Positions 57,190 through 64,000 of a stretch of 64,000 nt of DNA are shown here, piece after piece. The DNA is from Bacteroidales bacterium. GTDB taxonomy: Bacteria; Bacteroidota; Bacteroidia; Bacteroidales; UBA10428. The position numbers were made by a program, and so were the translations under genes. Within the stretch, counting starts at the first letter, position 1; every line of letters starts with the position of its first letter. The notes under the pieces were generated by a model. It was not told the DNA's origin and did not search any database. It saw only the letters and a program-made list of their open reading frames with translations. The stretch lies in contig JAFGBD010000018.1 of the NCBI GenBank assembly GCA_016933335.1, positions 3 through 64,002 on the forward strand, in the 5' to 3' direction.

Positions 57190-59256
57190 TCATTTCACCC
57201 TTAGTTGATCAGGAATATCAACCTGTCTCATAATAAAAAGATCATCAGGAATCTGATCTAAAGATATTTCGGCCCTCCTGTTATATCTTCTTCCTTCCGG
57301 ATTATCAGAGCCGTCTTTATTCCGGTTAATCGCAACCGGCATTTCTTCTCCGTGTCCTTTTATACTGATCCTGCTTTTACTGATATTTAAGGATATTAAA
57401 TAACCGGCAACCTCGCTGGCCCTTTTAACAGACAGTACCTTATTATAACTTTCTCTTCCGATTGCATCAGTATGTCCGTCAATACTGACAGTTATATCAG
57501 GATATTTTTGAAGCAGTTGAGCAAGTTCATCAAGGTAGCATAACTGGGCTTTTGAAACAATATATCTGTCAAAACCGAATAAAACATGCTGAATGATAAA
57601 AGTATCGCTGACCTGTGCATATCCTGGCTTCTCAGGCAGGGTTGTTTCTTTCGTTACAAAGGTATCAATTGATGCGGCTGGTTTATATTCCAGAACCGGG
57701 TTGACTATCAGCTCCTCAATGTTAAGATACTGGGGCAGGGATATACTTTTTCTGTCAAGAAATGCCTGGTCAGTTGAAAAATACAGTTCGTATTCCCCTG
57801 AAGGAAGAGTGTAATGATATCTTCCGTCCTTTTTTGCTTTGCCGCTGCTTATGGTGTCACCTGAACTCCTGTCTGTCAGAGTAATATTGATTTCCTCAAA
57901 AGGTATGGTGCTCCGCGGAGGAAGTGATATCTGACCTTTTATGGTAAAACGCGCAGGATTTGGAACGGAAAAAATTTCATACCTGTAAATATCCAGATTT
58001 CCATCAAGGTTATCGGTAAATTTTGCATGGTATCCTTGTTTGCCGTCTTTCAAGGGGAAATAGAAAAGATCATTATCAGTTGTGTTAAGCGGAAATCCTA
58101 TATTCAGGGGATTTTGTAATTCTCCGTCCGTTACTGTTGAAACAAAAATGTCGAATCCTCCCATGTTATAATGGCCCTGGGAACTGAAAAATAATGATTG
58201 ATTATTTTCGCACATAAAAGGTGATTCTTCATCCAGTGAGGTATTGATAACCGGTCCCAGGTTTGATGCAGATCCCCAGTCTCCGCCTGAATCCAGGTCA
58301 GACCTGTAAATATCAAGTCCTCCGTAACCTCCTGTCCTGTTACTTGTAAAATATAAGGTCTTGCCTTTATTGGCAAAACTTGCATGGGTTTCATTAAAAC
58401 GGGTGTTAATGTTTGCATTCAGTTTTCTGATGACGTCCCATTTGCCGTTCTTTTTTTCACACATATAGATGTCTCCTTTTGTGTACGCATCATTCAGTCT
58501 TAAAAGCAGAATATTTCCGTCTTCAGTAATGTCTGTTATTATATAATCCCCGTCTGATTTGATCTTAGGGGTTATGTTATCCGGTTTCTTCCATCTTTCC
58601 CCGGATTTTTCCGATTGCATAACTGCATCATAGAATTTCAGGGCATCCATATAAAAAATCAATGACTCATCATTATTAACCACAGGATTGTAATTGGAGA
58701 AAATCGTATTGATGCGGTCCTCCAGTTTCACCGACTGAAGACTGATCTCGTTCCTGATAAGTTCATTTGCATTCCTGCAAATTTTCAATTGCTCCTTCAC
58801 TTTGAACATTTCAGAAGTATCGTTTTTCAGAGAATCTGTTAAAGAAGCAAATATTTTTTCACTTTTTCCCAGTTGATTGTTGATTCTGTATGCCATGCCA
58901 AGAAGGTACAATGCATCCAGGGGAGCCCTGTCTTCATCCGGAGACCGGCCTGTAAAATTATGTGATGCTTTTTTTACGGCTGTTTCAAGATACTGAATTG
59001 ATTTTTCTTTCTGCCCGGGAATAAAAAGATAACATTGTCCTGTCTGATAATGGATACTGGCATTATGATATCCCTTTTCCAGCAATTGTAAAAAATACGG
59101 CAGTGCCTCTTCGAATTCTTCTGCGATGATAAATTCGGTGCCTTCCTCATACAGTTCATCCGGAGTTAAGAAAAACTGGGAGAATGAAACAGCTGTATAA
59201 AGATTTAAAATCAGTAAAAAACAAATATATTCAGGTTTAATGAAAGGGTTTGACAT
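57190..59256 (-). CDS. PorE-like protein: TPR + PD40 beta-propeller + carboxypeptidase-regulatory-like domain + OmpA_C-like domain, paralogue 2
   Basis: All four domains are recognisable in the PorE (T9SS) order. The CRD-like segment is FTIKGQISL...DGRYHYTLPSGEYELYFS. The OmpA-like segment is VLFGFDRYIV...DGHTDAIGRESYNKVLSVKRASEVAGYL...GHGE..P......NRRAEISL. 688 aa. Confidence 0.8.
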   Translation of the reverse strand: MSNPFIKPEYICFLLILNLYTAVSFSQFFLTPDELYEEGTEFIIAEEFEEALPYFLQLLEKGYHNASIHYQTGQCYLFIPGQKEKSIQYLETAVKKASHNFTGRSPDEDRAPLDALYLLGMAYRINNQLGKSEKIFASLTDSLKNDTSEMFKVKEQLKICRNANELIRNEISLQSVKLEDRINTIFSNYNPVVNNDESLIFYMDALKFYDAVMQSEKSGERWKKPDNITPKIKSDGDYIITDITEDGNILLLRLNDAYTKGDIYMCEKKNGKWDVIRKLNANINTRFNETHASFANKGKTLYFTSNRTGGYGGLDIYRSDLDSGGDWGSASNLGPVINTSLDEESPFMCENNQSLFFSSQGHYNMGGFDIFVSTVTDGELQNPLNIGFPLNTTDNDLFYFPLKDGKQGYHAKFTDNLDGNLDIYRYEIFSVPNPARFTIKGQISLPPRSTIPFEEINITLTDRSSGDTISSGKAKKDGRYHYTLPSGEYELYFSTDQAFLDRKSISLPQYLNIEELIVNPVLEYKPAASIDTFVTKETTLPEKPGYAQVSDTFIIQHVLFGFDRYIVSKAQLCYLDELAQLLQKYPDITVSIDGHTDAIGRESYNKVLSVKRASEVAGYLISLNISKSRISIKGHGEEMPVAINRNKDGSDNPEGRRYNRRAEISLDQIPDDLFIMRQVDIPDQLRVK

Positions 59257-59265
59257 ATTATTTAT

Positions 59266-62200
59266 TTATGTACCGGTTGATTTCTTTTTTTTTCTTCTTA
59301 AGAAAAACAGGATGATTATCAAAATTAAGATGCCGTTTGCTATCAGAAGAGGAATTAAAAGCTTTCTTTGTTTCAGTTTGTCCGGGGTTGGAACCTCAGC
59401 CTTGTCTTTATCCAGATCAAAGCCTTTTTCCAGAACAAGTTTTAAGAGAAGATTTAAAATATCCTGTTCGGTATAAGCATATTTATCAGTGTAACCAACC
59501 AGGTACTGGATGAGTTCATAAGGCGTTGAGAATCGATGGAGGTCAATACTTTCAATTGCCTGGATGATTTCAGGGCAGCCATGCTTTTTAAGCAATTTTA
59601 CGAATTCATCCATATTGTTAATATATATGATATCCAAAAGCAGCTTATATACTGTTTCCCTGTTGTAATCCTGGAACTTTGAATTGTTTATGAGATAGTT
59701 TAATAAATCAGCAAATGTTGAAATATTTTTTTGTTTCAGGTTAAGCGACTGGATAACAGCTTTCAGGTTTCCTGAAGCATGCTTTGCCAGTTGTTGCCTG
59801 AATATTTCGAGGTTTCTGTCAGAATTGGTCTTAATATGGTCAATAAGATCTATGACCTCACTAACATTGTATCCGTAATCCGGGGCATTTATCCATAAAT
59901 GTTGCAGGAGTTCCCTGGAAGTTCTGATGTTTTTTTCACTGAGATTAAGATCCGCAAGGGTTTGTCTGAGATTGCCTTTTGCTGCAAATAACATGCTTTG
60001 GTGAAGGAAGTTGATATCATAATTAACAGACGATTCTTTCATCATATCCTGGATGTCACCGCCATTATATTTATCTTCTCCAACATTCGAACGCAAATAT
60101 TTCGTGATCTGGAAAGGTTCCGAAAAACTGCCGATGTTTGATTCCAGTCTTCGCAAAGCAAAACTCATATTCTGGTTTGAATTTGCATTCAGTATATCCA
60201 GAAAATCTTTGATGCTTCCTGTATTTTTTGAAGCAATATTCGTAAGGGAATAATCCAGATCATCGATTGTAAATGGCTTTTTTTCAATATCTGTTCCGAG
60301 AAAATCAACAAGGTTTTCGGGGAATACTATATTAGCCGAATCCAGATTGGTATAACTGAGGAACTCTTTTATTTTATCAGTTGAAGCATAACCAAGTTCG
60401 TTTACGAATGCATCAAGGGGTTTCTGGGAGAGATAGCTGATAAAGAGTTCATCAATCTCGGCCAGTGAATAGGTATTGCCCGGCATTTCGCGCACAAGAT
60501 ATTCATATAATCCGGATGCAGAATTGATATTGTTTTTTTCAAAATCAAGTTTTTCAAGATATTCTTTAAGATTACCACTGCTGATATTGGAAAGATTTTT
60601 TAATTCCTCCTTTGTTTTCGCCGTTTCCTCCGGAATCTGTTCTGCTGTAAGTGGCTGTTGTTCGGTAATATATTCCACAGATACGGATTTGGTCACCATG
60701 TTACCGTCTTTATCATGAAGAGTGAATTGCAAAAGGTTTAAACCTGCCAGTGGTTTATAGAAATAAATAAATCTTTTTCTGTTAATATTAAACTGCTCTT
60801 TTTTCAGGAGCGAATCATTATTGAATATTTCCAGTTCCAGAAGGGTATTTTTTTCAAGGTTAAGCCTGATCGCAATTTGTTCATCATTGATTACATGATA
60901 GTATTCTTTTTCAATTTCCAGGTTTGGGATCTGTTTTGCAGGTTCTGTCTTTTGATAATCTGCAGCGGCTGTAACTTCTGATGCTGTCAGTTCGGATTTA
61001 AATTCAAAAACATCAGAAGGATGGGCGACTGGTATTTCAAGTGCCACACGGCTTTCATCAATACCTTTTCCGTCAATGACCAGCTCGAAGCTTCCTGATT
61101 GGGCATCAAGATTATATGTTCCGTCGGGATTGACTTTTGTTTCACTGAAGGTTTTATTGGTCTTTTTATCGATCAGCTTTGCCATGATGTTTTCATAACT
61201 GATATCCAGATCAGCATCTTTGGTTGCCAGTCCCTTTAAGATGAATTTTCTCGGATGAAGATCAGAAAAAATCTCAAAGCGGTAAATATCATCAAGACCA
61301 TACCCCTGTTTTGAATCAAAGATAGAGTAATAGGCATACTCGCCGTTTTTGACAGGAACGAAGAAAAGATCATCGTCAGTTGAGTTAACCGGATATCCGG
61401 CATTTAACGGTTTCGCCCACTGATTGTCTGAAAGCAGGGTGGTGTAAAAAATATCGTATCCTCCCATGTTATAATGGCCCAGTGAACTAAAATAAAGGGT
61501 TTTGCCATCTCCTGTGATAAAAGGAGTATCCTCGTTATATTTTGAATTAACGACCGGACCAAGATTTACCGGGATTCCCCAGTCGGTTTTTCCGGAGCGC
61601 TTTGACTGGTAAATATCCAGTCCTCCATATCCACCCTTACGATTGCTGGTGAAATAGAGCGTCTTACCATCAGGTGATAAAGAAGCATGTGATTCCCAGT
61701 ACTTGGTGTTGATGTTATCGTTCAGTTTATCGAGTTTAGCCCATTTATCATCTGTTCTTGAACTATAATATAAATTTCCGTCAAATCCGTCACTCCGGTA
61801 AACAAAAAGCTCTGTCCCGTCCCAAGAGAGACCTGTGCAATAAGAATTTCCGTCAAGCTCAAATGAAGGGGTGAGATTAACAGGATAAGACCATCTGCCA
61901 TTTTCTTTTCTGGAATAAAAAACAGCATCGTAGAATTGAAGTTTCTTGGTAAAAACCAGCGTGCTTTCATCTCCTGATACAAGCGGATTAATCTCAGCAA
62001 ATCTGGAATTTATTTCTTCACCAAGATTTTCTTTAATGATATAATTTGGGTTGGCTTCCAGGCGAAGAGCTATCCGGCATGATTGTATTTGTTTATCCAC
62101 CAGCTCTGAGTCATAAATTTCAGGATCCAGGATTTCTTTAAACCTTCTGTATGTTCTGATTGCATCATCCAGCCGGTTATTAACCCTGTATGCATCTCCC

Positions 62201-62580
62201 AGATAATAAAAGGCTTCAGGTGGTGCCTGCTTTTCCCTGAAAGAATTTTCATTGTAATTTGCTGTGGTATTTTCAGTGGCTTTCTCAAGGAATCGGATTG
62301 ATTTTTCCTTTTGATAGGGATCTTTCAGATAGCAAATGCCAATTTTGTAGGTAATGTGATGGTTATCAGGATCAGCCATAAGAATTTTCTGATATAGTGG
62401 TAAGGCATCCTTGTATTCCTCAAAAAGGAAAAATGACTCAGCTTCAAGAAAAATATCTTTCAGTTCACTTTGGGTCTGTGCAATGACAGGGGTGAATGAT
62501 AAAAATGCAAGAATATTCAGGAAAATATTCATTCTGGTAATGCTGTTTCCTTTCATATAACAAACTTTGGTGTGAAACAA
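59266..62580 (-). CDS. TPR + PD40 beta-propeller + CRD-like domain + six novel helical repeats + C-terminal TM anchor, paralogue 1
   Basis: The likely true start is the internal Met at about 62532 (MNIFLNILAFLSFTPVIAQ signal). The N-terminal ~480 aa are paralogous to the three downstream genes. The C-terminal ~400 aa are repeats of a ~65-aa module. The protein ends LLIPLLIANGILILIIILFFLRRKKKKSTGT (TM plus basic tail). Confidence 0.8.
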   Translation of the reverse strand: MFHTKVCYMKGNSITRMNIFLNILAFLSFTPVIAQTQSELKDIFLEAESFFLFEEYKDALPLYQKILMADPDNHHITYKIGICYLKDPYQKEKSIRFLEKATENTTANYNENSFREKQAPPEAFYYLGDAYRVNNRLDDAIRTYRRFKEILDPEIYDSELVDKQIQSCRIALRLEANPNYIIKENLGEEINSRFAEINPLVSGDESTLVFTKKLQFYDAVFYSRKENGRWSYPVNLTPSFELDGNSYCTGLSWDGTELFVYRSDGFDGNLYYSSRTDDKWAKLDKLNDNINTKYWESHASLSPDGKTLYFTSNRKGGYGGLDIYQSKRSGKTDWGIPVNLGPVVNSKYNEDTPFITGDGKTLYFSSLGHYNMGGYDIFYTTLLSDNQWAKPLNAGYPVNSTDDDLFFVPVKNGEYAYYSIFDSKQGYGLDDIYRFEIFSDLHPRKFILKGLATKDADLDISYENIMAKLIDKKTNKTFSETKVNPDGTYNLDAQSGSFELVIDGKGIDESRVALEIPVAHPSDVFEFKSELTASEVTAAADYQKTEPAKQIPNLEIEKEYYHVINDEQIAIRLNLEKNTLLELEIFNNDSLLKKEQFNINRKRFIYFYKPLAGLNLLQFTLHDKDGNMVTKSVSVEYITEQQPLTAEQIPEETAKTKEELKNLSNISSGNLKEYLEKLDFEKNNINSASGLYEYLVREMPGNTYSLAEIDELFISYLSQKPLDAFVNELGYASTDKIKEFLSYTNLDSANIVFPENLVDFLGTDIEKKPFTIDDLDYSLTNIASKNTGSIKDFLDILNANSNQNMSFALRRLESNIGSFSEPFQITKYLRSNVGEDKYNGGDIQDMMKESSVNYDINFLHQSMLFAAKGNLRQTLADLNLSEKNIRTSRELLQHLWINAPDYGYNVSEVIDLIDHIKTNSDRNLEIFRQQLAKHASGNLKAVIQSLNLKQKNISTFADLLNYLINNSKFQDYNRETVYKLLLDIIYINNMDEFVKLLKKHGCPEIIQAIESIDLHRFSTPYELIQYLVGYTDKYAYTEQDILNLLLKLVLEKGFDLDKDKAEVPTPDKLKQRKLLIPLLIANGILILIIILFFLRRKKKKSTGT

Positions 62581-62658
62581 ATTTAATAATAAAAATCAAA
62601 TAGTTATGAAAATGTTATAAAAGGCAATATTGAAGGAAGTTAGAACTTAAATCCGGCT

Positions 62659-64000
62659 TTAACAATCAACTTTTCTTCCCAGGTTTTTAAAGCCTTTAAA
62701 AAGGATATTAAAATCATTAATCACCCTGTAATCCTTTGCGTAAAGCAGATTTACCTTTTCAATGATTTCTTTTTCCGGAGCATCATGTCTGAAGGTATCC
62801 ACAGGATTTAAAATACCTTTTTTCAGAAAAGGCAGGCTATCATCTTCTTTACCTGTTTTACCATGATATCCGATAAGTGTATATTTTCCTGAAAAGACAA
62901 GAACCAGGTTCTTGATCATTGTTACAGGATTCTTAATGAAAAATACCAGAACCGGACTTAACAGAATCAATATCAGAGATATGCAGGCATCCAGGAATCT
63001 TTTTCTTCTCTGGTTTATGCTTCTTGAAATGCTGTTCAGATTCAGTACATAAAGTTCACCAGCCGTATTGATGGAATTGCTTCCTATAATTGAGAGACTT
63101 TCAGGAGGTGCAATTTTAAAGTCTACGTCTGTATTTGTAAAATGGAGCATTGTTTTAATGATCTCCTGGGAGCTGATATTTTTTGAGCAGAAAATAATTT
63201 CATCTGCATTGTTTATGGCGACAATCTCTTCAATCTGTGAGATATTACCAATAAAACCTCCATTCGGTTCTTTGATATCCGGATACACTTTTCCAACCAG
63301 TTCAGGTTTGATATTCGATTGTTCAAGAATTGAAAAGACCCTTTTGCTTTCGCTCTTATCCCCGACAATGATGATTCTCTTCTTTTCCCTGATAATTTCA
63401 ATTTTAAAGTTTTCTTTATTGATAATATTCAGAAACCACCGGATCAGAAATGATGAAAATAAGGTCCAGACTGTACCAATAATGATAAGTGCCCTTGAAA
63501 ACCTGAAATGCTCAGGCAGTAAAGCATATATTACCAAAATGACAAGTGTGCCGGATAACACACCCTGAAGGATGTTTCCCGGCTTAATATGTTTTTCATA
63601 TCCGCCCGAGAGGTAAATTGAAATAATCCAGATGAGAATATATGATGGTACTATTAATAGTAAATATTCATCAGGGTAGGTCCCGCTGTTTTGAAAAACA
63701 TACTTTTCCCAGAAGGGAAGGATGAAATAATAACCGGCATAAATCAATAAAACATTAAGTACGGGGTTGATGGTATTGATTATGAAGCGTCTTAATATTG
63801 AAGCGGCAGCTCTTACGTAAATAGCAATATTGATCAGGAAGCTGATATAATTTGCATTGTTTTTTGTCAGGTGCTTTCTTGCAAAGATGATCATTGCCCT
63901 GTAAAATACCATTACATAATTAATGCTGCCTTTTTTGGTGCTTTCTCCTTTATAATGAATGATGGTTGTTTCGGGGTAATAATAGTTTTTATATCCTGCC
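62659..64000 (-). CDS. GT2-like glycosyltransferase fused to multi-TM / WbaP-WcaJ-like polyprenyl-phosphate sugar-transferase-like region (5' partial)
   Basis: The reading frame stays open upstream of the ATG at 63912 to the window edge (AGYKNYYYPETTIIHYKGESTKKGSINYV-MVFY...), which resembles a GT2 C-terminal segment. Next come 4-5 TM helices, a Rossmann-like segment (IIIVGDKSESKRVF...), then KRFLDACISLILILLSPVLV typical of the start of bacterial sugar transferases. The usual catalytic remainder is short and divergent. Confidence 0.6.
   Translation of the reverse strand, partial: AGYKNYYYPETTIIHYKGESTKKGSINYVMVFYRAMIIFARKHLTKNNANYISFLINIAIYVRAAASILRRFIINTINPVLNVLLIYAGYYFILPFWEKYVFQNSGTYPDEYLLLIVPSYILIWIISIYLSGGYEKHIKPGNILQGVLSGTLVILVIYALLPEHFRFSRALIIIGTVWTLFSSFLIRWFLNIINKENFKIEIIREKKRIIIVGDKSESKRVFSILEQSNIKPELVGKVYPDIKEPNGGFIGNISQIEEIVAINNADEIIFCSKNISSQEIIKTMLHFTNTDVDFKIAPPESLSIIGSNSINTAGELYVLNLNSISRSINQRRKRFLDACISLILILLSPVLVFFIKNPVTMIKNLVLVFSGKYTLIGYHGKTGKEDDSLPFLKKGILNPVDTFRHDAPEKEIIEKVNLLYAKDYRVINDFNILFKGFKNLGRKVDC

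Noticed and set aside
1-64000. Search for tRNA/rRNA genes, CRISPR arrays, IS elements, integrases, prophage genes, toxin-antitoxin pairs or reverse transcriptases
   Set aside because: None were found. No T-loop-like GGTTCGAAT motifs occur in intergenic DNA, there are no regularly spaced direct repeats, and no ORF has transposase, integrase or RT motifs. By eye the window looks like core chromosome rather than a mobile island.

Overview
The window looks like a chromosomal segment from a Bacteroidota genome. Supporting signs are type-A T9SS C-terminal sorting domains, a TAnnTTTG-type -7 promoter box, an S46 dipeptidyl-peptidase and PorE-like proteins. It is moderately AT-rich by eye. Coding density is high and most genes are on the minus strand. 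I found no rRNA, tRNA, CRISPR array, transposase, integrase or phage genes.

Content in order:
- Two secreted beta-propeller proteins, followed by a decayed region with gene remnants.
- A group of small stress-like proteins, including a dodecin.
- An aldehyde dehydrogenase and an accD-accA-oadA/pycB-like carboxylase cluster.
- Oxidoreductases, a sodium:solute symporter and a large ABCG-type protein whose ATPase motifs are systematically degenerate.
- A 0.7 kb ORF-poor spacer holding three terminator-ended repeat units.
- A NikR-headed operon: nikR, a TonB-dependent receptor, a secreted nucleoside-hydrolase-like/FmdE-like fusion and a His-rich-loop metal permease. A perfect GTGTTAC-N13-GTAACAC palindrome overlaps its promoter.
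- The conserved kdsC-ubiA-maf block, joined to a GT-C glycosyltransferase.
- A divergent six-gene amino-sugar / polyprenyl-phosphate glycosylation operon.
- aguBA, nhaC and holA.
- A Wza/Wzc exopolysaccharide locus containing a triple-SPOR protein and four tandem paralogues of the TPR + PD40 propeller (PorE/TolB-like) family. One paralogue carries a novel six-fold helical repeat and a C-terminal membrane anchor.

The two best candidates for an undescribed system are the nickel-responsive TonB-dependent locus and the PorE-like tetrad. All family assignments come from motif recognition by eye, with no database search. Domain boundaries inside proteins are approximate.
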